DNA of 64,000 nt from Tubiluchus corallicola (taxonomy: Eukaryota; Animalia; Priapulida), in NCBI GenBank assembly GCA_030141605.1, contig JAQGDQ010000117.1:248001-312000 (forward strand), in the 5' to 3' direction. The notes under the pieces were generated by a model that searched no databases, was not told the origin of the DNA, and was given only the letters and a program-made list of their open reading frames with translations. Shown one piece after another: positions 1 through 13,640 of this stretch; position 1 is the stretch's first letter, and each line of letters starts with the position of its first letter. The translations under genes were made by a program, and so were the position numbers.

Positions 1-3000
1 GCTGTTCAACTGATCACCCTTGGAGTTGTGTGTATCTGAGCTGAGCACACATTCTTTACAATGAATTGACCAAGTTTTCCCATATTTACACTGTTTGCTA
101 TGATAAAAGTGTTCTGTTTGTGTTTGTCCTGAATTCCGGCGAGGAGAACAGCTTCTACTTCTTCGAACTAATACTTTTACATCTGTGAAATTATTTTTCT
201 TGTTTACCTCTGGTGCCTTTCTTTTGTCATTAAAGTCGACATTTTTTGTCTGATAACCAGAAGAGCCTTTGCTAACATTTTCAGAAATAATGTTAGCATC
301 ACTACTATCACGCTGAGTATTTGTATTTAAAATCTGATGTGAAGAAGACATTGCATTGTCGTTTTTCTGAATATTGTCTCTCTCGGCATATAATTTGGTA
401 GCAGAACCAATATGATAAGTTGCAAAAGATTCTGCACTAGAACAAATAGCATCGCAAGATAATTTCGTGTCATCTATATGCTTTTCTTTTGCTGCGCCCT
501 CTGTTAATGAATCTACACTCACATGTTTATTTGTATTGTGATGTCCATCTTGTGTTCTAATAGATTTGGTGTGGTCTACAATGTTGAAACTGGGTTTTCC
601 ACTTTTATCAGTTTTGTCAACAGAACTTTTAATTATATCTGGTGATCGAGGCAGATTCCTGTATAAACGTTCAAATATATTAGGTGGCAGTTCACGCCCA
701 GGTAATAGCCTTAAAGGTGCTGAATGTGTTTTTTTACCACTTGGTTCCTGCAACCAAATTTCCATAGCTTTTACAGGAGCTTTTGAGTACGATGTTACCT
801 CTGCTATAGGAAATGTTACTCCCTCAGCGGTGGAAATGTTTTTCATATCTGCCACTGAAGCCTTCTTTCTTAGCGTATTTTCCTTTAATTCATTTTTAGA
901 AAGCATTAAATCATTGTCTGTGTGCTTTCCTATTCGCATCACTTTCCTATGAGGTGATCTACCTCTTACTTTACTTACCGGTCCAACAGCTTTGTTCTTA
1001 TTTGCAGCTAAACCATTAATCAAATCCTCAGGATTGTCTTTCAGCTGTTTCTGCACTGTATGAGGAACACTGTGTTGTGGTTTACCACGGGTGTCATTGC
1101 AAGTCTGTTTTGGTGTAATCAGTAATTGTTTAGATTGATGACCATCTCCTTCAATTGATTGAAAGTTTCCCATTAAATCAGCACCTTCCATACATTTACT
1201 TCCCTTTACTCGTTCACATGAAGCTGATCTTTGCTTATGCTCTATAACAGTTTTGGACTGGAAACTGCAAGTAGCCTCATTATTATATGGAGATGACAAT
1301 AAATGATCTGTATCACTTAGAGGGTTTTCGTTACATTTCATTGTAGATTTACTAACTTCTGATCTCGGAAGAACAAGTGAAACGATATCCTGTTTTCTTG
1401 TAATAGTTTTTTCTTTACCATGCTCGTTCTTTTTACTCACTTCTTTTATAAGTTTTCCATCTTGATTTACCATGCTGTATGCTTGGGTCTTTGATTCCGA
1501 ATCCTTTTTCGGGTTGGTATGCATGACATCAATTTTTCCATTAAAATTAGCATTTTCAATTTGCCCTTTATTTTTAACAGGTTTACCTAAAACCTCTGCT
1601 TGTGATGGTGCGGTACCTTTGCGTTCTACCTCAGAATCCGTCTTATCATGTTTTAAATTTTTGGCAATTTTTTCATTGTATGAATGACGCCTAGGTAAGA
1701 CTGCTCTTTTATGCCCTTTCTCCATACTCTGTGTGGCACTTCCAAGTGTAGGTAATTTATTTCTCCTTTTAGCAAAATCTTTATAACTATGTTCATTTTT
1801 TAATATTCCTTTAATGGAGCTTTCTCCTATCTTCTTTACTTTGCCAGTTTTCATGCTACAGGTACTTGTTCCATGCAGTCTGTCACTAAGAGAAACATCG
1901 TTAGGTGTTGACTCACCGTGTTCACTATTTGTTGCTCCGCCTTTAGAGTGACTCAAAGTTGACACAACTGATTCTGCAATGTGTGTGATTCCTTCATGTT
2001 TATTAAAATCGTTGTTACCTTTAGATTCCTGTTTTGCGTGCATTGAAAGTGTATTTTCTCTCCGAATGTGTAACACTGGATTAGGTTTTTCTGACTTTTT
2101 GTCACCTATTGTATTTTCATTAGCCTGATATTGATTGTTGTCTGGTGGTTTACTCTTAGCATTGGATGACTGTTGACTATGCCTTGATGATAAGATTTTT
2201 TGTATTCTTATCTGCTGCTGTTGCTCATGTTGCTGCAAGACTTGGTCATAATGTTCTTGAAGAAGCTTCTCGAATGAAGAGCTGTCCAAAACCTTTTGCT
2301 ACAAATACAAAATGGTATATTAGTACATCAGATGGTAAGAAAGAGGGAAAATTAAAAAATAGTAACTTTGTATAAGTACAAAAACTGCACAAAAAGTACA
2401 ATTAGAAAATGACTTTAAAGTTTCACATTTTGATATTAAATAACAAACCTTGTGTGGCTGCTGCTTCTTGAAATCAACAATGTCTTGAAGCACTGCTTCC
2501 CAATCTGGACCTTGTTCAAATCGCAATATATTTTCGTCTGAAAGGAAAACTAAAAATACAGTGTTTCTGAGAGCTTACAAACTGATGGCACATCATTCGA
2601 CATGTTGCTGTCTTCTAGGTGGCAAAAACACAAAATCTTAGTAGCACCCACTCCTGAATGACATCACATCCGCTTGTTATTTTTGATAAAAATAAAGCAA
2701 CTCCTTAATGACTAAATCAAATCTACAAATAGCTATGATGTAATGCACACATTTAATTTAATCATAACAAGCAGTTTCAGTAAATAAAAATCATTGCTCG
2801 AGTATGTATATAATAATGTGAAAGTTGTCATTAGATTCCAATAACTATATAACACATTTTTTTGTGAAATTCTAATGACGGTAAATGACTTAGTGTACAT
2901 TTTAACTGGCAACAACATGTTTACTCAGTTCCTCAAGTTTCTGCTTGACACATTGCAGGACAAATTTAGAATTTGACTTCATTCAGCACTCTAGACGAAA

Positions 3001-6000
3001 CATAATTATCTGATATATCATCATGAGCTCAGCTGCATTGTCACTACACAGATGTCTTTTATTGTTTCCAATTAACTACATATATTACAGTATAATACAA
3101 TAATTCTTGTAATAGGATTACTTATTATCTCAGTACCACACAAAAACGTGCTTGCTCAATACAATGTATGTTTTATACATATTTATTTATTTAAAGTTTC
3201 TTTCTAACGTAAGAAAATGCCTTATAAAACTTAAAATTTAAGCTAAAAAAACTAAGAAACACTACACGTCATGCACTATTAAAAGAGCTACCAAAAATTC
3301 AATAAAATATGTACAGAATTTAAAATACAAAGCGTCACTTAAAAAACCAGCAGTTACTACACAAATAAATCATGCCATAATCGAAAAGAAGTCAAAATGC
3401 CCATAAATCTTAAAAATTCTTTATTTTTCCCTTCCCTTTTGAGATTTATGGGCATTTTCACTTCTTTTACGATTATGCCCATGGCAAGTATCAGAAGAGC
3501 ACTATCTTATTTTCAAGGTAAATCATACCTTCTTCTAATAATTCTACTATAAAATCGTACATCAGTTTGGTGGCATATGTACTTTCTTACAATAGCTGAA
3601 TGAAATTGATATTTCTTGACGTTATATAATTTATCAAAATGTTTTATATCTGTCAAAGTTAATGTACCATAAATGATGAATTGTGAATTTTATGCATGCA
3701 TTTAAAATTGTAAATTCACCTTCACCATCTTGTTCAAGTGACAGACCATAACGGCGTACAGGTTCCCGCAGGAATCTCTCGGCATCACTATGAATCCGTT
3801 CTTTCCGTTCCTGCAATAATCGTTCTCTCCTTCTGTCTTCGACGACCTCCTTCATCTGTGCGTCCAGCTTCATTTGCCTATGTGTAAAAAAAGTCTTACC
3901 ATTTACTATCTGAAGTTTTGTGTTTAAGGTTTTAAAAATTTGCTTAGATCAAAATTTGGAGATTATTCTCACAGAGTAGCTACAGAAGTGCACAATAACA
4001 TGAAATATAAATCAATCAAAAACGAAAAAACAGTGATCATTGCACAAAAACCAAACACAATATGAAAATTGACATTGGATCAATATTCTGATACATAATC
4101 ATACATTCGATTTTTTTAATGCATATCATTTCACTTATCTGTGCAGTTCTGAAGCAAAATAAATAATATTTTAGGAAGTCTTTCTGAAATCGCATACAGT
4201 GCAGTGCAATTACTTCAAACTACTCAATATTTTATTTAACATTAATATTTTCAATGCCATTACGATTTCGATTTTCCTACTTGGAACTGTTTATTTATGA
4301 AATTGCAAAACAGGCCCTTACAGTACCCAAGCAGTTTCCACAAGGATATTTCTAAATGAATAACTCATTTAAAAATAAGGCAATGCTTTTAAGCTCACTT
4401 TCAACTGTTACAGTATACAAGCATAAAATACGTTGAACTGAAACAGTGTACTGCTTAAGTAGGCCAAACTAACAAAGCAGTACAGACTGAAATATTGACT
4501 GCCATCACATTCTATTATTCTCCAGTGTATTTGACTTTTATGTAGCGTAAGTGCCACTTAAAGACCAATAATGCTTATCGATCTATTAATGGAAAATGCA
4601 CTTGTATGAATTAAGTTTACCTGAATGTACATGCAAATTAAGCCGAGCATGTCCGCGAGTATGCGGCAATAAATCTCAAACCTTTCGCGGAGGTTTAATT
4701 TAAACATGCAACAAACAAGAATTGAAAACAGTCAAAACATTTCTCACATAAAAAGAAAATTACACTTTACAGTATTACGCAAACAGTACAGGCACTTTGT
4801 TTAGAAATTTTACATTTTGAACACTTATGTATGCTTTTTATTACGCTTTAAAATGCCAAATAACTTTTTTCTTAAACATTTGCTATGCAGAGTGTCTGCC
4901 TTAAGTACGTTAGTAAAGCTGCAAAATGTCATTGTTATTACGTTTTAATTTTAATGAGCTTACCTTACAACTTTTCAATGTGTTTTAAAATTAAATACAA
5001 AATAGCAATTATGTACTTTCTTTAAAACTGTACATTCCTCTTGTTTTGATTTTAAATTCAAAACTGAAATGTATAAAACAGTGGGCTAAATATTGTTTGG
5101 TATGTGCCACGTCGCCTTTTCTATATGCTTGCACACTTAACTTTAGAACCTGGCTACGCCACTGACTACAAAATGATAAAGAAAATTTCACAGGTAATGG
5201 CTGACAGTTACTGGTTAGGTTATAACAGGTTTAACTGAATCCATTACATTATAGGGTTCTATCCAGATTCTGTCATGCTGAAGATACGCTCTTAATGCAT
5301 TGTTATAATGCTCCATCCGACTATCTTTATTTTATCCTGTGCCTGTTTTACCATGGCATTTTTTTCCTGTGCCATTTTTATCGCGCACCAGTATAAAATT
5401 ATATATTTTTCTGGAATCATTTTGCTGCCAGAGATGAGCTGGTGTATTAAAATCTAACAATGGTGTTGACCAGTTTGAGCCTCACCATGCACTATGAAGT
5501 AAATATTTTTTCAACAAATTGCAGCCTTATAATTAAAAGTAGATAAAAATGGCACAGGAAAAAAATGACACAAATGCAAAAATAGAAAAAATGGCAAATC
5601 TGTTCTTTTGATGCACATGATATCTATAATAAAACTAGAATGTGCTCAGTAGGAAGTAGATCTCTGCCAAAGCCGATCAATCTTAAACTTATTTGTCTGA
5701 TTTTTTTTCATTAAAAAAATTTAACGCGAAGATAAACAACCAAACATCTAAAAATGTGCCTGTATTGGTAGTATATAGATTAGCAAAATCTCGCAAAATA
5801 TTTGTTCATTAAATAGGTTTGTCAATAATCTATGTACGAATGTTCCACATAGTGTTTATATACTTTTTTAACCATTAATTTTGTCGATGGTAATAGTGTG
5901 ACAAATATATACGTAATTACATAGCAAGTCACCTTGTAAGGCTATACACATTAACATTAATAAGCAAAGGTTATTGACAGCGTTACACAAGCGAGAATTT

Positions 6001-9000
6001 CTCGAAATGGAACTGGAACTGACTTGTTTGGTAGTTGTTTGTCCAGGTGGGGATAACAAAAAAGAAGTACTAAACATGTCAACGAGACCTCCATGAGGTG
6101 TTTCACGAATGTTCTTACGTGATATTCCCTCAAGTTTTGCGAAAAAAGAACCGGCGAAAAGATTTCCATTTTGACACCCAATACACCCGCCTTCACCACA
6201 AAGTTTCATGAAAATTTATTAGGTAGTTGTTGCGCAATACGTTTACTGCCATAACAGATGAGAACAGCCATACAAACACAAACAAACTGTGTTGAAGCAT
6301 AACTTCCTTGGCAAAGGTAAAAATAACAAAAATAATTATCCCCCACGGTAATCCTAACCCTAAACTCTTTTATCTGTGCCATATTTGCCTACTTTTCCAT
6401 TTTTTCCTTTTGCTACTTTTGCTGTGCCATTTTTTCTTGTGTCATTTTTTTTCTGTGCCATTTTTACCTACTTTTCCATTTGTGCTATTTTTTCCTGTGC
6501 CTTTTTTCTGTGCCATTTTTATCTACATTTTTTTATACCTCGTAGCGAATTTCGAATCTTCATAACTGGCAAATCTAATTGTAGGCATTTTTCACTGTTT
6601 GGCAAGTGTATGCCTGTTTGTTTAACTAATTAATTAAGAAGTTCCACAATTAGACTGGTGATTCGAAACTAATGAATAATTTATTTCATAGCTATCGCTT
6701 TACAAGAAAAACAGTTTTTGAAAGGAGACTTCGCCTCTAGTACTCGTGACGCTTGTGCAATTAAAAGTTTTAATGAACATGTGCACAATGCCGCAGGTAA
6801 AATGCTTATGCTTCAATGATACACATTGATTAAGAAATCAATAATGTGCTTTCCCCAGGTAAGGCAGGTAAATACAGCCTAAATATGACACATTCAAAAG
6901 TGAACATGACCTGCAGCAGTCAGCTAATGAAGGCGTTATACGGTAATCATTCCTAGGTTAGTAACTATATGATATAATTAATGGAATGCTGCACTGCCTG
7001 CTCAAGAAATGAGTAAGCCGTGTAAAACAGCATACTCATTTGTGTAGTTTAAGCAGTAGTTGACAAACAACATAACATATTATTTTCATTTGTAGAATTC
7101 TGTTAACTTATTTACTTTTGACATTCATCATACATATGATTAATCTGGAAAAAACTCAATCTATGTCATCCAAAGTAAAAAAATTATCGAGAAGGGCTAC
7201 AGCGACTAAATGCATCTTACACACCAGAAAAAAGGAAGTAAACTAGCGGACGTTTTTCACTGTGTCAAAAATGTGGTAAGATTCTACTTTTGTGACAGGA
7301 GATGCTTTATGTGAAAGATTTTGTTTCAAAAAATGTTTTTAAAAATAGTTAACATCAAACGTTGTGCTTGACATTAAAAGCTTTAGTGAATTCGGAACTT
7401 GTGACGTTTTCACCAGTGGTCATTAACTGAAGGCTGTGAAGGGCATAATATTGCTTCCGTTGAATTTTATGTTTAAGAATTCAGGAATTGCATTTCGTTT
7501 TAGTAAACTGAAAAGTATAAATTTTTCACACGTGACCAGTCACCAATCTAATTATTAATCAAATCGCGTGTTGTTTTCTTCGCAACCAAGTACACAACGT
7601 GACCACACAGTTATTCCTTCCACAGTTATCAGTGAGCTTCATCAAGCAGCAGAATAATAATTAATATTAATTTCAATAGCGATTTAACATTAGAACGTTC
7701 AAATCAACTTTAAGGAAAACGAAAATACAATTAATTTTGTAGAAACTGGCAGAAGTATTTTGCATAATGTGACATGCAAACAGTGTGAACCGAATAGATA
7801 TGAAGAAAAGAAGAAAGCAAGCTTTAAGTGGGTTTCGAATATGCACTCTAACTGTTACACTAACTCAGTGGTTCGCAAACTTTCTCGGACCGTTACCCAA
7901 ATCGGGAAACCCGGTCGTGTCCATTACCCCCCACCTAGTACTACTTCTCCAACTCAAAAAGTAAACACACGTATATGCCACAAGCAAACAAAATTATTTA
8001 TGTTTGCTCGTGACATAAATAAATTTCCAGGTGTTGTTGTTGTATTGTTGCCAAAACAAGAATTACAATTACTGAACCTGCTCATTACTGAGTGAGCAGG
8101 TTCGTTCGAGTAATTATTACTCGAACAAACGAAAACAAGAAGAAATGAATGACAACAACAAAATCTCAGTTAGTGGGACGGATGAGCCTGTTTTTCGGAC
8201 GCCAGTTTCTCAATCCTGGGTTTCGTCAGGCTCAAAGCAACGCGTGCATCACTTTCCACGTCCAACCTATTTCTTTTCTTTGTTTTCATGTTCATTATGG
8301 ACGAAAAACATTGTTCACACACATACGTTGTTGAAAAACACGTGAGAATATTCAATGCCCGTTCTGCAAGGACTGGTGAACTGGCCATCTCTCCTATCCA
8401 GAACTCTTCCAGGTTCTGCTGCTGGAATTTGATGGACCCCATGACACAGTGTTGCCTGCCGGAGGCAGTCTCTTCAAGAAGAAAACTACGTAAAATGCAT
8501 TCCAAGCGAAGTTTTAAAAATTTTCAGAGGGGTGCCCGTTACCCCTCCAAAAAACCCATATTACCCCCGGGGGCAATTTACCCCTACTTTGGGAACCACT
8601 GCACTAACTGTTAATGTGCATGTCAGCAAATTACGGTCGGTTATAAGTTATAACGGCTATAATAGTGAGGCAAACAGGATGACGTCATTTGCTTTGTCTG
8701 ACAATCACGTGAAATTTCCACTAATTAGCCAGGAATTTATCGATCCATGTTCGCGCTTGTCTGGGTGTTTTCAGAAAAGAAACTTATATTATCTTGTAGC
8801 CCAGCTCTTTCTCTTTCTAAAGAGTTATTAAACTCTCTTAAACATTCCCATAACACGCTCGTCGGGCGCTTTTTCACGACCTCCCGCAAAAATTTAACAA
8901 TGCAAAATTTCCGCTATTTTCGCTAGCGCTCATTTAGGTGTTTGCAAAAAAAGGTTATATCGCTTTGTAGCCCAGTTCTTTCTCTTTCTAAAGAGTTATA

Positions 9001-12000
9001 AAACTCTTTTAAGCATTCTCATAACACGCCCCATGAACGCTTTTGCCTGTTGTTTCGCAAACATTTCAAAACTGAAATCGGAAACTCCTACCTTTAACCT
9101 GTGATACTGAGGTCCAGCGTCCATCAAAATTAGCGAAATTTCTACCTCGTTTTGTCGAAGATTCGTTTTATCTCATTGAGACCTTTCATTTGATATATTA
9201 CACGACACTGTTACTCGAATCTGGAAGCATTGGTATCACTGACCCCTCGATTTTGGTTTTAGCCCTTTACCGAAAAATTTTCCCATACGCAAATGGCCAC
9301 TATTCAGCCATGCACAACAAATCGACACCATCTAGCTGAATACCAAAAATTGTGGCCCTAGTTAAAAAACTGTAGGAGGAGATCAAACCTAACGAAAAAA
9401 AAAACAAAAAGCCCTGCCCGCTATACGACCCTTGATCCAAGGGTGACGGGTCGCATATTAACATAAATCCCCCTACCTGAGGAGTGTGGACTGTGAGTTT
9501 CGTGACTCTAGCCCTATGCGTGTATGAATTATTAAAGAACAAAAATAAATAAATATCAAGAAGATTCTGCAGTAAGCAGAACCTTAAAAAGGAAAAGGAA
9601 AAACAGAAAATGTCTTTGGAAAGAAATTAAGTCTGTACTGACCCACATTTTAGAACTAGTCCAAACATTTTGGTGGTGACTTATACTGCTGTTCCAAATT
9701 ATTTTATCAAAAGTCAGTCGACCATGACATTCAAGTAAGCATAAATTACATACATAAATTAGCATAATCGATGACTGCTTAATAAAATAAGAGTAACACT
9801 TTGCATACTTTACCACTTGTTTATGCCATTTAATTACAGTACGACAAGAATCTACAGCGTCAATTAGAGTTAAAACAACATAAGAGATAAAATAATAGTT
9901 AAAATATTAACAATCTAATTTAATACTGAAGCAACACTACGGTTGACAGCTGTTCATGGAAATGAGGCCGATTCCGCAATACCAACGGCTTAGGTTTAAT
10001 CTGGTATAGATACAGTGACTTATACTGATTGGCATAAGAGCTTTATTTGTGTCAAAAACAGATTAATAACCTTAACTTCTTTTAATATATGTGACCCATT
10101 ATAACATTTTGTGTGTGTGTTTCTTCGCTGGTCGTTCAGTCAGTACATGTACTGCTACACAGTGCCGCAAAAATTACCTTACAATGTATTTTGGGAGATT
10201 GACATTTTGGGGAATATAGAATTCCACCAGGAATCGTGAATTAGGGTGCACGGTAAAAATGGCACAGGAAAAAATGGCATAGGAAAGAATGGCACAAATG
10301 GAAAAGTAGGTACAAATGGCACAGGAAAAATGGCACATGATGTTCTTTTGATGCAAATGATATCTGTAACAAAACTAGAATGCACTCAGTAGGTAGCAGA
10401 CCTCTGCCAAAGCCGAACAATCTTAAACTTATTCGTCTAATTCTTTTGATTAAAAAATTTAACACAAAGACAAGCAAGCAAACATACAAAAATGTACCTA
10501 TATTAATACTACGTAGACTAGCAAAAGACTCACAAAATCAGTAATGCACAAATGTTCCACATAGAGCTTATCTACCTTTTAACCATTCATTTTGGCAATG
10601 GTAATAGATTGACAAGGGTTACAGACAATGCTACACACTTTTACAAGCGAGAATTTCTCGAAATGGAACTGGAACTAACTCGCAGTTGTTTATCCGGGTT
10701 GGAGAAAAAAGAAAAAGAAGTACTAAATGCTCTCTCACAAATGTTTTTCTTGTACGTGGTGTTTGGTCAAGTTTTGAGAGAACGAACCTGCAAAAAGATT
10801 CCTATTTTGGCACCTGGTATCCGCCTTTCTTCACAAACTTTCTTGGACATTTGTCAGATAATTTTTGGGTAAAGGGCTTACTGCCATAACAGACGAAAAC
10901 CAGTAAAATTAAAAAATAAACTGTGTTGACACATAACTTCCTTTGCAGAGGTAAAAATAACTAAAATAATTATTCCCCACCATAACCCTAACCATAAACA
11001 CATATTTTACTAAGTGTGCCATTTTTACCGACTTTTACATTTGTTCCATTTTTTCCTGTGGCATTTTTATCTGTACCATTCTTACCTACATTCGTGAATT
11101 AGTTACACAGATTTAAAATAGTTCATTACATTTTAAGTAGTTCAGAACTATTTTAAGTAGATGACTTCAACCAGGTTACTTCAAATGATTTATTACATGA
11201 TGCAGTTTTTTGTAAGCACCTTCCTTCTGAATACATTAGTTAGTCAGCAAAATAAACCTGCTGTCTTCACTCTTATTGCTACACCATCCTGCTTTAAATT
11301 TAAACGTGTCTTTCCTGCAAATTTTAAATTGACTCTTTGGTGACTTTTCATCCTTGATCCCCATGATGTTTTTTTGTATTATAATCATTTTATGAGATTA
11401 GACTTACAATCTGGTTCAAATCCAGACTTGGTACCATTTTTTCTACAATCCATAAATCCTTTTTGTCTAGTTTAGTTTCAAAAATTTAATAATTGTGGAG
11501 TTACACCATTGTTTATTTGGTATATTTTAGTCATATCACTTCACACAGAAACCACTGACTTGCATTTTTGGTGGTGGCTAAATTTGACTGTTTTAAACCA
11601 AATTAACAATTTTTAAAACAAATTAACAACTGCATTCTAACTGGGTTAATTACTGTAATGGTACAAAAAAGTGTCCAATAAGATGCAGCTGAATTCTTGT
11701 GCAGCGGTACTTTGTATATCTGGGATGGAGCACTTTGGAAAAATGCTTCAAGAGTCATAATTATGGGAAAGCAAAAAATTATAACACACTTATTTCTGTA
11801 CTTTGCCTATCTCAAGTAAGCAAAAGGGTGAATAAGGTGCGATAAAATTAATGGAAACTACCAAAACCCTTACTTTTGCATCACTGTTTTCTTTGTTCGC
11901 ATGCTCAATTCTCTCTCTTTCTGCAGGCAGTCTGCAGAAAATCCTAAAATGAGGCTAGTATTTTTCAAGTAAAATTGGTTTAGCAAGACAGCACTTCAAG

Positions 12001-12413
12001 TTTTGTTGCATACCATGCCACTGATAGAATGTAGATTTGAAACACTACTTAAGCATCAATAATCGATTGTATATCAGACAGAAGATGGCAGCGACCTCTG
12101 AACCAGCCATGTCGGACATTGTGCATCCCAGCGGCCCTAGCATCATTCACATAAAATTTCATTGAAACCCATATAATTGTTTGGTGTCTATAAAGAGCGA
12201 ACAGACAAACTCGGCTTGCTTCTAATACCAAAATTTTACAAGAAACCCTTACACACACCGTTTTCGTCGCAGTGTTTCCCGATGCATCATCTGATGACGG
12301 AGTTGTTTTGCCCGACGTTCTGCAGAATAGGCATCTTTTAACTCCTTTATCCTCGATTCTAATCCTTCCCTCATTTGTTTTCCTTCAATATGGTCCTTCT
12401 TCTTTAAAGACAT
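1..12413 (-). CDS. CEP126: CEP126 (KIAA1377)-like centrosomal protein, 3'-partial
   Basis: Coding exons 12413-12259, 3877-3720, 2537-2449 and 2298-<1. All are GT-AG and phase-consistent, and an in-frame TAA lies upstream of the ATG at 12413. The last exon is an open frame of >2.2 kb running off the window, so the ORF track missed it. The N-terminal coiled coil ...HRETLRRKRQMKLDAQMKEVVEDRRRERLLQERKERIHSDAERFLREPV...PDWEAVLQDI resembles, from recall, the CEP126 N-terminus (ESNRRKK...REQILQQRKQKFEEVTEKFQR...PPLEEALKQI). A large low-complexity exon follows. Confidence 0.65.
5325..5389. mobile_element. Terminal fragment of the Mutator-like MITE family
   Basis: ttttcctgtgccatttttatcgcgcacc is the reverse complement of the family terminus GGTGCACGGTAAAAATGGCACAGG seen at 10245. 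Confidence 0.55.
5539..6528. mobile_element. Composite non-autonomous DNA transposon (Mutator-like MITE with an internal Helentron/HINE-like segment), copy 1
   Basis: Inverted termini are built from AAAAATGGCACAGG subrepeats. The whole element is colinear with 10245-11093. Confidence 0.7.
7866..8601 (-). mobile_element. Internally deleted hAT (Charlie/Buster-like) transposon
   Basis: TIRs CAGTGGTTCGCAAAC...TTTGGGAACCACTG. Perfect 8-bp TSD CACTAACT at 7858-7865 and 8602-8609. It retains the transposase C-terminal dimerisation region (EFW...FSTTYVCEQCFS...KRNRLDVESDARVALS...QAHPSH*) at 8170-~8420. Confidence 0.92.
8780..9545. repeat. Unclassified interspersed repeat with an internal tandem duplication of ~170-bp period
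   Basis: tgtagcccag(c/t)tctttctctttctaaagagttat...cataacacgc occurs at ~8795-8858 and ~8966-9029. A GC-rich palindrome cgacccttg...caaggg...gggtcg lies at ~9426-9454. Confidence 0.45.
10245..11093. mobile_element. Composite Mutator-like MITE, copy 2, with 9-bp TSD
   Basis: GTGAATTAG flanks both ends (10236-10244 and 11094-11102). G...C termini with AAAAATGGCACAGG subrepeats. A 9-bp TSD is typical of Mutator/MULE elements. Confidence 0.8.
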
Positions 12414-13278
12414 CTTGCATTATACATCTACAAAAATAACGGTAATTATATAACACAAAAATTACTATATTGTCAAAAAATAACTGCAAAGACATTGGAA
12501 AACACAAAGTTGTAACTTGTAATACTGTAGTGAACTTGAACAGTAAAGGTAAACTTATTGTGCTTATTGTATGCATAATAATCTAATACATAGGCACACT
12601 TAGTACAAATGATGAAACATACAGTACACATTGGGATTTAATTAAGTCAAAATTTTTTGGCTTAACACATAGTGTTGCAGTTTGATGTAGAACAATACAG
12701 CCGAGAATTACAACGAAGGAAATTAAATTCCACTGATTGCAATATAAGCACACTTTAAACAGCAGACTTAAATATTTTTGTTGTGCAACATAATACATGT
12801 ATTAACAAATTCAGAAATGTTACACATTGTACGTGTAGTTCTACATGCTTTGTGTTGAGTGCATATAGTTTTGCTGTGCTGGTGTATACAGATCCTTTTA
12901 CTAGTTACCTAGCATCAAAATAATCAATGTACAAACTCAAACTTGTTAGATTATGGTAAATGTATCACGAAGTCTTAGCTTTTATTGCAATTCAGCAAGT
13001 TTATTAAGGCCACACGAATATCAGCAATACATTGACAGTAAAACATGTGAAGTCATTCAGTTTGAATCTGGCATTTAGTTCAGAGTTTGAGCAGTCTTTT
13101 TACTCTACCATGTCAATGCAAATTATTATTCTTGCTAGTTATCGACGGCAGCAGGCTTGTTTTATTATATTATGCATACTACATTTTAATAACGCTTACT
13201 CAACGAAAGCCAAATTCATAACTAAGCTTCCTGATACATGTACGGAAGCAGAAAGAATACGCCGTGCAAAAACTTACT

Positions 13279-13292
13279 GTTGCTATGGTTAC
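13279..13292 (-). promoter_or_regulatory. RFX X-box at the 3' end of the putative non-coding exon 1 of the CEP126-like gene
   Basis: Minus-strand GTAACCATAGCAAC matches the X-box consensus GTHNYYATRRNAAC. One base later comes a GTAAGT donor at 13277, which can splice to the acceptor at 12428. A CRE palindrome, TGACGTCA, lies at 13397-13404. Confidence 0.6.
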
Positions 13293-13640
13293 TCAGCATA
13301 ACCAAATCAACAATAACTACAAGAGTTGCTGTATCACTGAAGGTGTATGACGACCACTGTATGTTATGTACTAATCTAAAACTTGTGTGAAGTTAATGAC
13401 GTCAATATGAAAGCGTAGACACTCTAGCCTACTGATTTCTAATTAAGCGGTTTGACGTGAAAGCTACTATTGTAGTGCGACAGGAAACTTTCTGTCTCTG
13501 TGACAAAAGCTAACGCATTTCATATTAGTATTACTGCATTATAAAGTGTAGCAAGACGGTAAGCTAGATGAGACTGAAAGCAGACAGAATCGTGAAATTT
13601 CTGTCATAATGCTACACTTTCATAATACTAATACAGTATA

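Noticed and set aside
566-2375. Plus-strand ORFs in the track (566, 1472, 2166)
   Set aside because: These are antisense shadows of the large minus-strand CEP126-like exon.
6308-6633. Hydrophobic Phe/Cys-rich ORFs (also 10174-10489)
   Set aside because: These are translations of the MITE's TGTGCCATTTTT subrepeats, not membrane proteins.
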